Positions 22,685 to 34,290 of a DNA stretch of 35,391 bases are shown in pieces. The DNA lies in the NCBI GenBank assembly GCA_000826855.1, contig JTLS01000066.1, positions 1 to 35,391 on the forward strand, given 5' to 3'. Position 1 is the first letter of the stretch, and every line of letters begins with the position of its first letter. The DNA is from Basidioascus undulatus. Taxonomy: Eukaryota. The notes beneath the pieces are model-generated. The model was not told the origin of the DNA, ran no database searches, and saw only the letters and a list, made by a program, of their open reading frames with translations. A program made the translations under genes and the position numbers.

Positions 22685-25408
22685 TTACGGCGTCGCGCGC
22701 CCGGTCCAGCGCGGGTAGAGGGAGCAGTCGCTGTTGGCCGAAACAATCAAGCATATCAGCATCGCGATCGCGCACAAGAGGAGGTGAAGGAGAGGAAAGT
22801 GGAAGCGGAAGAGGGGGAAGGCGGGGAAGAAAGGCGGGAGGGGAGAGAAGACGGACCGGACGGTGAAGCGGTTGAGGAGCCACGCGAGAAGGCGCTCGAC
22901 GCCCAGGCCGTACCCGCCGTGCTCGCACGTGCCGTACTTGCGCTGGTCAGTGAACCTGCGGGGAGAAGGGGGGGTGGAGGGGGCAGCTGCCGGTGAGTAA
23001 AAGAACGCAAGGAAGGGTGAGGAGGAGAGGGAAGAGAGAGAAGGAACGGACCAGTAGTAAGGCTTGGGGTCGATGCCCTCGTGCTTGTACGCCTCGATGA
23101 GCTCGTCGTAGTCGGCGATACGCATCGAGCCGCCTGCGAGAGAGCCAACAGATCAGCCTCGGCGGTGCATGGTGGTAGGTGTGTCAAGGGTCGTGGAACG
23201 CAACGCACCGACGATCTCTCCGACGTTGGGCATGAGCAGGTCGACGCTCTCCGTAAAGCCCTCATCGCCAGGAATCTTCTTCATATAGAACGCCTTGATC
23301 TCCCTCGGGAAGCCCGTCAAGAAGATCGGCTCGTTGATGGTGTCAACCATCCTGCGCTCAGCCGCCTCGGCAATGTCATCGCCGACGACATGGTCGCTCA
23401 TCTGGGGCTTCCCGTCGGGGCCAAGGAGCTTGTTCCCCTCCGCGTCCTCGTCCTCCTTCTGGATCCCATGCTCCCGCAGCCACGCGATCGCGTCCTTGTA
23501 GTCCATCCGCCGGAACGGCCGCTTCGGCGCGGTGAAGCCCGGGTTCAGCTCCGCGATGATCGATGCCGAGGCGGGGTCCGCGAGGACGGCGTCGATCGTC
23601 TCGCAGATGATCGCCTCGATGTGGGTGAGGAGGTCCGAGAAGTTGATGAACGCCAGCTCGGCCTCGAGGTGCGTGTACTCGGAGAGGTGGCGGCGCGTCA
23701 GACTGCGAAACCGCCCCACACGTCAGCTCACGCGCTCCCACTGTACACACCACCGGGACGAGGGGGAAGGGAGGGGAAAGGGAGGGAGGCAAGGTAGGGA
23801 GAAACCACGCACCTCTTCTCAGCCCTAAACGACTCCTGCACGCAGAACACATCTCCCAAAGAAGGCAAGCACGTCTCCAAATAAAGCTGGCTGGACTGGG
23901 TGAGGTACGCGGGCTGGCCGTAGTAGTCGAACGCGAAGAGCGTCGACCCTCCCTCGACCTGCGTCTGCACCATGCACGGCGGCGTCACCTCCAGCAGGTG
24001 GTGGCGCGCGAACGCGCCGCGGAACGCCGACAGCACGGCCGAGCGCACTTTGAGGACGGAGGAGGCGGTCTCGCCGCGCAGGACGAGGTGACGGAGGTCG
24101 GCGAGGACGGAGGGGTCCGCGTCCTGCACAAACGAAAGAGCGAGGTTTCATCATATTTCGCTCACGTTCGGACGAGGCAGGGGAAGGAAGGGGAGCGAGA
24201 GAAGGGGAGGCACTGGACGCACCTTGTTGAGCCTCGACGAGAACGCGTCGTCGCCCGAGGGCGCGCGGCCGACAACCTTCCAGTAGTCCGCGACGAGCTC
24301 GTGCCCGCCGGGGGCCTTCTGCCCCTCGGGCACGGCCTTGAGCGCGCCCGTGATCTCGACCGTCGACTCGGTCGTGAGCGTCAGGGCGTCGTACGTCTCG
24401 GTCTGGGTTAGGGCGGGTGGGAGGTCAGCAATCGGGTACCGGGGGTGCGGAGTGTGCGGGGTGAATGGAAAGAGGGGGCAGCGGAGGAGGAGGGGAAGGA
24501 AGGTGGGGGAAGGGTAAGGGGAATGAAGGGAAGCGAAACGAGGGGAAGCGAAAGAGATGTAGGACAAAAGGGGAAGGGAAGGGGGAGGAAGGACTGCGGA
24601 AGGAGGGGGGATGGGAAAAGGGCCGGGGACAGGAGATGGGAGACGCACGAGCTGCCCAGTAAGCACACACTGGAGGTAGCCCGACCCGTCGCGGAGGACG
24701 ATGAAGGTGATGCCCTTCTGCTGGCGGAGGCGGTGGACCCAGCCGAACACGCGAATGCGCTTGTCGCGGTGCTGCTCGCCCTGGTGGATCTTGATCTGTG
24801 ATCCCACCGCACCAACATGAGCGTCCCAGCCCGCTCAGTGCCCACAAATCAGGAAGAGAGGAGAGCCTCGGCCCACGCACCTTCGCCGCCTCCCCCAAGC
24901 CTGCATCCTCCTTCAAAACGATCTTCTTCGCCTCCTCCAGACGCTTCGCCTCGCGCTCGCGACGCTCGCGCTCCTCCTGCTCCGCCTTCGCCGCGCCCGC
25001 GGCCTTCTTCGCCGCGTTGCGCGCGTTGATCTCGATCGTCTTCTTGGCCTTCTTCAGCGCGCTGCCGCTGATCGGCGCGTAGTCGTCTGCGCTCCGCTCA
25101 GCCACCGGCTTGGCGGAGCCGTCCTCGGCGGGCTTGTACACGAAGAGCGCGGAGGAGGGGTAGGTCGTCAGCGCGAAGACGGGGGTCGACAAAGGCGCGG
25201 TGGGAGTGCCCGTCGCGGAGTCGGAGCCCGCGGTCTCGTCGATGTAGAGGGAGGGGCCGGCGGAGGCTGAGGGAGGGGAGGTATGAGAGGGGGATGGTGG
25301 TAGGGGGGATGAGGAGCGCGCACCGTCGTCCTTCACGCTCAGGTTCTCGGTCGCCTTGGACAGGGCGTCGGTGACCGCCTCGGCGGACTTGGAGAGGATC
25401 GCGGACAT
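22685..25408 (-). CDS. DED81: Cytoplasmic asparagine--tRNA ligase
   Basis: Nine exons (25408-25324, 25266-24881, 24795-24649, 24402-24223, 24123-23813, 23702-23209, 23133-23052, 22955-22857, 22730-22685). Motifs VFGWVHRLRQQK, LRDGSGYLQCVL, EGGSTLF, YLTQSSQLYLE, SFRAEKSLTRRHLSEYTHLEAE, GEIVGGSMR, HGGYGLGVER and DCSLYPR. Confidence 0.97.
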
Positions 25409-25870
25409 GGCTGGCTGCGTCTGCCGACCGAAAGGTCAGCTCTATCACCGTTGAAAGAAACCGCATGCTCCTCTATACTGCATCCCAGACCCGTCGCTCA
25501 ACTGCAGAGCGTGCACCCTGCTATGCTGCTGATAGCGGAAGAGAACGCAGCAAACCCACTCACATAAAGTATGTCGCTCTCGCTTTACCTCAAAAAAGAA
25601 GCGGATAACTCGCGTGAGACGCAAAACAAGGAGCGCCCGAAATTCGGCTCCTCGAAAGTAGTGGCGGTCGGTGGTCAGAGGCGAACGGCGAAGACGTTCA
25701 GAAGCTGGAGAAGGAGGAAGGCACACGGCCCGGTGGTTTGACTCGCCGCCTTGTTTGGGCAGCTGTATGAATTCCCTTAGGGCCGTGACAGCGGCGATAG
25801 AGCCGAAATGACGTACAGAGAGCACTCCAAGAAGACGCATGAGGGCCCGACTTGGATAAAGACGACCATC
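25409..25870. promoter_or_regulatory. Putative bidirectional promoter between AsnRS and CMC4
   Basis: 462-bp gap between the divergent start codons at 25408(-) and 25871(+). Inferred from gene arrangement only. Confidence 0.5.
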
Positions 25871-26289
25871 ATGCCCAAAGTATGCAATTCTATGAGCGTA
25901 CAGCTGTAACAGGAGGGGAAGCTCAATCTGGAGGGTGGGTGAACAGGACGATGTACCCCCCTGCCATCCCCAAGGTCCGCCTTCCTCTGCCTCCCCCTAT
26001 CCCTTCGCCTTCCCTCCCCACTCACTCCTCCTCACCAGCATGCGCCATCCAGTCCTGCCTAACCAAGAACGGTTACCAAGAAGATAAATGCGAGCATGTC
26101 CGTATCCTCTTCCTCTTCGGTATGTGGGAAGATGTGAGGAGGCTGACCTCGCGCTCGCAGTTGATTGACGAGATGTACAAGTGCTGCGCGCGCTTCTACC
26201 GCGACACGGGCGGCAAGGGCGAGAGCGAGAGCTGCCCGATCGAGAGCGTCGTGCAGCGCAAGGTCCGCGAGCGGGGGATCAACGTATAG
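25871..26289 (+). CDS. CMC4: Cx9C motif mitochondrial intermembrane-space protein Cmc4 (MTCP1 family)
   Basis: Exons 25871-25879, 25947-25974, 26039-26097, 26161-26289 give MPKDDVPPCHPQACAIQSCLTKNGYQEDKCEHLIDEMYKCCARFYRDTGGKGESESCPIESVVQRKVRERGINV. This matches the Cmc4 pattern PCxxxACAIQxCL...KC..IDxxYxCCxxFY...CP. Confidence 0.9.
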
Positions 26290-27974
26290 GTAGCGCGGCG
26301 GATGAGGGGGGTGGGGCTTTTCGGCGGTGGTGAGAACTGGTGGACTGGACGGTCAACGGCCACCGCGGTTGGTAGAGGGATCCAGTTGGAGGAAACGGAC
26401 ATTTACTGCACTTCGCACCACCCACCCACCGCGTCGGACTAACCTTCGCCTTAAGGCTTCGGTCGATCAGCACCTTCCTCGAGTGCACTCCACTCGACCA
26501 CCCCACCTGCCGCTCTTTAATGCCTTGCATAACTCGGCACGTCTTGCGTGACCTATATGCCCGGTACCCCTCGAGCCCCCACAATCTTATTCCCCTCATT
26601 TCTGGCCCAGTGGGCGGCCGCCGACCCAAAGGCCGCCCCTGACACTTACATGTCCATCACGCCCTCGATTCCTCATCACGAACGATAGTAGTCCAAGCTT
26701 TGTTGCTCTTCATGCAGCTCGCTCATGTTCCTCAGACCAACCCTGCATTACCTCTGCCAAAGTTTCAAGGTGCCGTGCTCCACCGCGCTTCGTCCTCTCG
26801 TCACACAACAACTGGCAGAGCTGCATTCTGCTCTGCCTCGAAGGGGTACACCTTGCCTGTGCATGCCCCAGACTTCCGAATCACTCCCAGAAGTGAGGTA
26901 CCACAGATCAGCAGGGCAGTCCTGCGTTAGTAGTGCTGCGTTTCGAGATCTTCGGTAGCAGCTCAGTCTGTCTACCTAGGCACGTCACTGAAGTCTTGAG
27001 CAGCCAAGAGAAACCGTAAAACGATGCAAACAGGATGACACTTTCTTTGGCCAGCTGCTTTTCGACTGCGCAAAATTGAGTAAATCCTGTGCAAGGGCTA
27101 CATTGTGTCGGGTGAGCATGTGCCTTCATATTTACTATGCATCTGATGTAAGTTGATCATCTCGTTCATGAGCGCAGTGAAGCGCCTAGGAGACGCTTTC
27201 GTGAACACTGGCCGGTGGCTTACCTCTCTGCAAGCCCACCATCCACGCAAGTCCCTCAAGACGCTCTGCGGAGCCGTCGCGTTTAGGAATCGGATACCTT
27301 ATAAATGTGCACCTTTTCCGACAACACCTGTGCGTTCCGGTTTCCGGATCGCCCGGGATGCCAGTCAAACTGTTCCCTCCGCCACGTCGGCCATTTTATC
27401 TCCGTCGACTCTTTGCCACTTTTCTTCCAAGTCACATTGTTGCAGTGTAACTAGGATTACTCTACTAACACGCTCTACGGAGCCTCAGGCCACATCCATC
27501 CTTCCCGCAGGCCCGCCTGGCAACCTCGCTCGATTGCCGCTCGAGGGTATTTGACAATCCCTACCGACTCGTTTTTTATTACATCTGCAGTGTACCATAA
27601 TATCTCATATTTTTCTAAACTCAAATGGAGAGATACTCGACACGCAGCCGCTACCGCGCACTACCTCTCCCCAGATGACGCCTTTTCAAGCCCGCCATGC
27701 ACCCAAGTACGTCCTTAGATTTTAATGGCACAAGCCAAAATAATGGTTTTCCGGGGCGTTTATATTTTCATTTGAGAACAGCACCTCGGTGTTGACGCGT
27801 TACGCAAGCGCATTGCCACAAATCGAAGCCTCTTGGTCGCCTTTCGGTTGCACAGGGTGGCCGTTCCTCTCGACTCTTCTCCGCCTTCCCTCATCCTCGA
27901 AGCCTCCCGCCAATTCACTCTGGAGAAAAGACCCTTCTCAAGCTCCTCAACACACCGACGTACCTTCCCTCATA

Positions 27975-29670
27975 ATGTGTATCTCTGCGCTCCTGATCGA
28001 GCTCTGGATAAGCCTTGAGATCAAGTTCAGATTCATTCCCATCCGGCCGGCCGGCTGATTCGAAGTGTAGTTCCAACTTGCGGCACACCTGCCCGTCTCG
28101 GACCTGCTGCAGTTCTCTGTGCTCCTCGAGCTCCTGCGTCATCGGGCAGACCTACCTGTTTTCGACCGTCATCTTCGACGGTGTGAACGACGACATCCCC
28201 GAGGTGCCTTGTCAGCTGCGCACGGTCCCCGCTGATATCCTCGCTTGACGCCCGCCGCGACTTACGAAGTTCCATGCAGTTCTCATGCCGTCTGCGCTGC
28301 GGACGGATCGCCTCGCTTCTCGCGTTCGCATCTTTCATCTTCAACTCGGACCCGCCCTGTTCGATCCCAGCCAGCTCGAGCTAGCCAACCTCGTCCCGAT
28401 GCACGACTCGCTCGTGTTGTCGCTGCCGGAGGAAGTGCTAAATAGAATGCTCGGCGACGTGCTTGGAAGGCTGGTCGGACTGAGGGTGCTGAGGGTGAGG
28501 ACGTATTGAGCGGCCTCCGCCACGATTACCTAGAGCTGATCGTGTCTTGTCTGGCCACCAGTTCACCTGCCGATTCCATTCTCTCGCTCCTGCGCTCTTC
28601 CGTCTCGTCCCCAGCCTGCCGCATCTTTCCACGCTCATCCTTGTTAACCTAAACTTTCATCTGTCTTTCGAACTTCGAGTCTGCAAAGCGCTCCAGGCTG
28701 TGAAGCTTCTGGGCGCTACGGAGCTGACCAACGCCGCCCTTGGACGCTTGATCGGGAATAATCCGTCGCTCCACGTGCTAACAAGGTCCACATGGAGCAT
28801 ACCTATAATACTGTGACAGTCTGCAGCGTAACCAAAAACTTCCGAGATATTCCATTGACGACTTTCTTGCAGGACCCGCTGTTCCACGGCGTGAGCGCCC
28901 GCTCCAGTTCATTACGCTCTCTCGTTCTCAGCAACACACTCGTGAACGACGACGGCCTAGTCTCCATAGGCAACGGGTGCACAAATATCTGCATCTCGAT
29001 ATCAGCCGCTGCACTCTGACCTCCGAATTGGCATTCGCGAGCCTGGCCTCGCGTCCGATCGCCGGCACTCTTGTCGGGGTTCAACTCGCACCAAACCGTG
29101 CGGGAGCCGTCGCTTTCCTGCGTTCCTGCTCAGTTATGGAGGATCTGCTACTCATGAGCAAACTCCTCGGGCCATCGGAGACGGATGGGGTCATCTCGGC
29201 TATTGTCGCCAACCAGCGCTTGCACGACTCGCTCCACAGTCTCCGCTTTCTTAACGAGCAGGTCCGGATGCTGGGCGAGGCCCACCGGAAAGTCTCGCGC
29301 TTTGCTGTCATGCCCAACCCAGTACCTGGCGACCTTGTGAGCGTCGGCTGACAGTCGCTGTGAGGTTTCTTGCACCGCGGCTGACAGCCTCAGCTACTGC
29401 GCGCGTCCGTGCCCTTCTCTGCCGCCATGGAGCTGTACGTGGTCTTCGGCGGTCTTCCCGTCCAGATGAGCCCCACAGATCTCTTCGAGCAGTGCGTCGG
29501 AGCTCCCTTTCTACAAGTATCTGGCGAGCTTGAGGCTGACAATCGGAGGGGCCTCCACAGTCATTGGCGCTCCCTCCTGAGCCTGAACAAAGCGCCGCAG
29601 AGCATTCTACAGCTCGTGCCAGGCTCTGCCGGTCATCAAAACCCTTCGACTTCATGAGATGGACGGGCCC
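27975..29670 (+). pseudogene. F-box / leucine-rich-repeat (RNI-like) gene, disrupted; 3' end approximate
   Basis: Reconstructed F-box ISALLIELW|FQLAAHLPVSDLLQFS..CSSSSCVIGQTYLFSTVIFD, plus LRR-like blocks LPHLSTLILVNL, LQAVKLLGATELTNAALGRL, LRSLVLSNTLVNDDGLVSIGNGC and LHLDISRCT. Lesions: donor reads ATAAGC at 28008 and frameshifts occur near 28116 and 28990. Confidence 0.75.
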
Positions 29671-30580
29671 TGAGAGCGATAGGCACGGCTGGGACATAAG
29701 TGAAACATTGACCGCTGCAAATCCGACATCAAGCTCGTGCTTTCTGGAAGGGTGAGCACCAGCGTCGCTGCATAGCGCTTGAAGTTGCAGAGTTTCCTCA
29801 CTGCTATGTTGATACATGGGCATCAAGGTCTCAATAGCCTTCACGTCCCCCCAACTACTCCCGACTGCTCGCACGCGCTCCCAACAACCAAAGCAAGCAA
29901 CTTCCAGGGCGGTCAAGCTCTCTTCCTAGATCCTAACTTGCACTACAAGAGCTCCATAAATACAAGGGTGATTGTTCAGAGGGTAAAATTGTGCCTGTCG
30001 AGCGAATGTCCTCAATCACTACAGACGAGTGCCTCCACACTTGTTTGCCTGCAGCAGCAGTTGGAGCTGGGGAGGTCCCCTCGCGTGGCCGTCGCTTGCA
30101 GATGATCATCGTGTTGCCCATCTCACAAGTTGCAGCAGGATTCAGCCGCTGGAAACTACTTGATTCAACTTTTAATGACCACTACCCTTCTGTTGTGTGG
30201 AAGTGCCTAAGCACGATAGCCCTCTGGTATGCTTCACCTGTGACGTGACCTCTATCCTTCGCGGCCGCCTGGGACTCGGGACTCAGTAGTATTTCGGTAG
30301 TAATTCGGTGACCTCAATAGATACCGTAATTCCTCCTCACCGCATCTTCCAACGGCTTCTCCAAGTCCGCATAGCCGGCGTCCCGCCTGTCGTGTGTGTG
30401 TTGGGGTTTGCGTTGGGTGTGCCACCCAGAGTCGCTCCCCGCAAGATCTCCGCTGCCACAACGTTGGCCCCGGCCACCAAAGCGGAGCGCCAGATTGGGG
30501 CCATGAGGGACACCGTGGGGACCCAACGGGCCCGTGACCCCCAGCCGCCGTCGATCGCACCTGGCGCAAGCCGCAGTGCA

Positions 30581-30723
30581 GCCGGTAACTATTTTCCCTT
30601 TGTACCTACAGTTTACTAGCCTCCGGTTTATGGTTGTGCAAGACCCGCGAGGCTTGGACATGTGAGCATTCACCAGCCGGCGGTAGATAGCCCCCGTGTC
30701 CGTCCCCCCCGGCGGTAAATCCG
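30581..30723. promoter_or_regulatory. Cluster of CGG-triplet motifs (candidate Zn2Cys6 sites) upstream of the MFS gene
   Basis: CCGGCGGTAGAT (30677) and CCGGCGGTAAAT (30709) are near-identical; GCCGGTAACT lies at 30581. All are about 400-520 bp upstream of ATG 31102. Confidence 0.35.
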
Positions 30724-31101
30724 CTTTCAGTTGCCTTTCTGGCGAGAAAAGCGGTGGTTTCTTCAAAATGTCGTGGCATATGTCTGGGTAGATGAGCACG
30801 GACATGTTGGACACCCAGCGAGGCTTGGTCATTCACTGAGTGGGGCCTGCACATGTGAGAGCTGGCCCGGCGGCGGCGGCGACGAAGACGCCCAAGACCG
30901 GACGCGCCCAAACGGGCGACGGCAAAGCTCCTCCCCACAACTGCTCAAGCTTTCTCTCGCTCCTCCATCTTCTCGTTTGGCGTCGTTACTCGGATCGCAC
31001 AGCACTGGGTAAAGTCAACACACTGCCTGCCGATACCGCTCGTACCCATACCCTCCATCGCCACCTTATCGTTCCCCGCTTCCCCTTCTTCGCCTTCGAC
31101 C

Positions 31102-33778
31102 ATGTCGAGCGTCGCCCCGCCACTTCCTAGCTCTGGCTTCAAGGACGACAAAAGGGACAACGTCACATATTTCGAAAGCTCCGACCCCGCAGACCTCACC
31201 TCGTATACCTCAGGAACCGAAATGGAAGCCAAGTTGCTCCAAAAGATTGACTGGCGGCTTATGCCTAGTGAGTCAACGAACCATCGCTTCTCCAAAGCTC
31301 GTGAATGCTGATACCGGCAACGGTGCAGTTCTTTGGGTCATGGTGTGTTTTCATTAGTTTCATTCTTCTCGATGATCACGGCTGATCCCGCAACTCGATC
31401 TGCAGTACATCTTCAACGTGCGTTTGCCCGAGCGTGTTCGCACTCTGCAACGGTTTCTTACTGATTCTTATCGCCTCACCTTTAGTATATTGACCGAACG
31501 GTGAGTTTCACATTTGATCTCTATGGAAAGCGCCTGATGCTCACGCCCCATGTACCATCAGAACATCGGGAATGCGAAGGTACCACCCGTCGTTTTCATC
31601 CAGCATCTTGCGATTGCCGCCGACTGACCTATCGCTCTCTTAAGATCGGTGGGATGGACGCGGAGTTGGGCCCCAGCTCGGAGAAGTATGCACTTGCACT
31701 TTCAATCTTTTTTATTGGCAAGTTTTCCTTTTTCGTCACTTTCTGGCTTCATATCAGCTGTCTAACAACCGCTTCTGCCGAACAGGTTACCTCCTCAACG
31801 AAGGTACGTCTCCTGCTAACCGAAAAAAGCTCACCGCAGCACCAAACTAAGCAACGTATCTACAGTGCCCAGCAACATGGTCCTCTCGCGCACCCGCCCT
31901 TCTCTCTTCTTGCCCGGCATCATGTTTATTTGTAAGTCCTGCTCTGAGTACAGTCGGGTTCTTCTGAAGATTGTGCGCTCTCGTAGGGGGCGCCATGACG
32001 GTCGCTGTTGTGGGCGTGCACAACTGGGCGGGGCTTACCGCGCTGCGTTTCTTCCTCGGTAAGTGAGAGAGACGAAAGGCCTCAAGATCGTGCCCTGACG
32101 ACTTTGTCTTCTCTGTCACGCAGGATTCGTCGAGGCCGGCTTCTTCCCTGGGTGAGAGTGTCTTGTCTTGCCGAACGGAGGACTTGTTCGTCTGGTGTTT
32201 ACGAGCTTCTGGACGCCTTGCAGTGTCATCTTCCTCCTTTCCTGCTGGTACAAGCCCAGCGAGCTGTCTCAGCGCCTCGCGATCTTCTACAGCGCCGCCA
32301 TCATCGCCGGAGCATTGTGAGCAATCCAGTCACTCGGCACTTCCCATTCTGGTCGAGAGCTCACGTGGGGTGTGCAGCGGCGGGCTTCTTGCGGGTGCCA
32401 TCACGGAGTACGTCTCGACGCCGACCATCCCCGGATGGAAGTGGGTACGTCAAATTGTCCTGTACCTGTATACCGCGACGTCTAGGGCTGATCCTGGTCT
32501 TGACGCCCTTGGCAGCTCTTCATCATCGAGGGTCTTGCCACCTGCGTTCTCGCGGTCGTCTCCGTCTTCATTCTGCCCGGTTCGTGAAGCCTGTTTTCCA
32601 TATTCTCCAGTCCATGGCTCATGCGGAGGAGATGCTGCACGCAGACTACCCTGCCACGACCAGGTGGCTCACTCCTGAGGAGCGTGAGCTCGCCGTCGCC
32701 CGCCTCGTCCGCGAGGAGAGCGGCACCTCGCTCGGCCACATGCAGGCGTTCGTCGCTGCGTGCAAGGACTGGCGGTATGTCGAGTTCTTCATTTGGTACT
32801 GGGCTCCGACGCTCACGCGATGCTATATTCACTGCAGCACGTGGGCCTTTTCGTTCGCATACCAGATGATTGCGGGTGCAGGCACCATCTCCTACGTGAG
32901 TTGTCTGCTCGGCTTGCTACTACGCCAACGGAAACAAATCTTCTGACCTCTTTGGTCTTGACTAGTTCCTGCCCACGATCACCAAGACTCTGGGCTACTC
33001 TGGTCGTGACGCGCAGTTCATGACCGTCCCCATCTGTCAGTTCTGCACACTCACGTCTTTAATCTACCGAGAGCTGACCATCCGACCTGGCTGCATGCGA
33101 CAGACGTCTTCGCCGCGATCGTGTCCAACGTTGTGGCGTGGAGCGCCGACCGGAAGGACGAGCGCGCTTATCACATCGTCGCCAGCTGCTTCGGGGGAAT
33201 GGCAGCGTTCATCGTCTGCGCAGCCGTTTCCAACCCCATCGTCCGCTATGTCATGATCTGCTTCGGCGCAGCGGGCATCTGGTACGTGTTCATCCCACAT
33301 GTTGACATCCGTTCTGTGTCGCTGATGTCCTTCGTACTCGCACCAGGTCTGCGCTTCCCATCTTCCTGTCCTACGTTTCGAGCACTATCGGCGAGCCGGC
33401 TGAGAAGCGTGCCGTCGTTGTTGCGATGGTCAACGGTCTCGGCAACCTGGCGAGCGTGTACGGTTCCCAGATCTGGGTACGTCGTCTTCTGTTCACCTTG
33501 CGTTCGCAGACCGAATACTGAGACCCCATCTTCTTTGGAACAGCCCGACTACGACAAGCCCTTGTACCACATCGGGTTCTCAACGACGACTGCGATGATC
33601 TTCACCGCAGGTATGCCGTCCTTCTTCCGGACCCTCCCGTTCTCATCGCACTTACGCGTTTGCTTCCTTTGTAGGCGTGGTCATTCTTGGCATTCGGCTG
33701 TACGTCGGGCGGCCTGACAAGCAGCGCGCTGCGAACGTCACTTCGGACATCGCGAGCGACAAGCCGGTCCAAGTCTGA
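31102..33778 (+). CDS. MFS transporter, anion:cation symporter (DAL5/TNA1-like) family
   Basis: Twenty exons splice in frame (31102-31267, 31329-42, 31406-17, 31486-500, 31562-79, 31645-717, 31786-803, 31866-931, 31987-32058, 32124-151, 32224-316, 32378-444, 32516-579, 32645-774, 32838-895, 32966-33035, 33104-281, 33347-476, 33544-610, 33675-778). Motifs KIDWRLMP, YIDRTNIGNAK, EVPSNM, RFFLGFVEAGFFPG, WYKPSELSQR, GWKWLFIIEG and LPDYP..RWLTPEER. Confidence 0.94.
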
Positions 33779-33988
33779 TTTCTATACCTTGGCCTTCTCT
33801 GATTCTTTACGGGTTGTGTACTCTCAGATCGTGTACTTTGATTTTAGCTTTGATGCCTTGATACGATACGCAATGTTGTGGAGAATTTTCACGGAAGATG
33901 ACAAATTGCTGGGCCCGGGTACCCCTGCATGCAATTTCTTGCTACTGTTGACGCCTATCATTGCGTGCCCCCGGCGTTGGTTATACGA

Positions 33989-34020
33989 TTGTCGTCAAGC
34001 GCGTTGTCGTCAAGCGTTGT
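33989..34020. repeat. Short tandem duplication
   Basis: TTGTCGTCAAGCG CG TTGTCGTCAAGCG TTGT, between the convergent MFS and EBP-family 3' ends. Confidence 0.8.
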
Positions 34021-34290
34021 ACTTACAAAACTACTGAATTAGTCGCTCGTGGACTGATCACACGTTGGCGTTCAATCGGCATCGTTGTTGGAACTAGCGT
34101 GGACAGCGAACCTTGCAGAAGCTGCTCGTTCCGTACCGAGGCAGTGCGCATCGACCGATGTGTCCGTCCGCGCGACATAATGTCATTAGCCTGCATTTGA
34201 CTCCGCTCCATTCCATCCACGAATCCCTGCAACCCATCCTGCATTTCCCGTGCAGCCCCTCGGACCAACTCAACCCGCCCCATCCGCATC

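Noticed and set aside
23081..23797. 238-aa plus-strand ORF
   Set aside because: Antisense shadow of AsnRS exons caused by GC3 bias.
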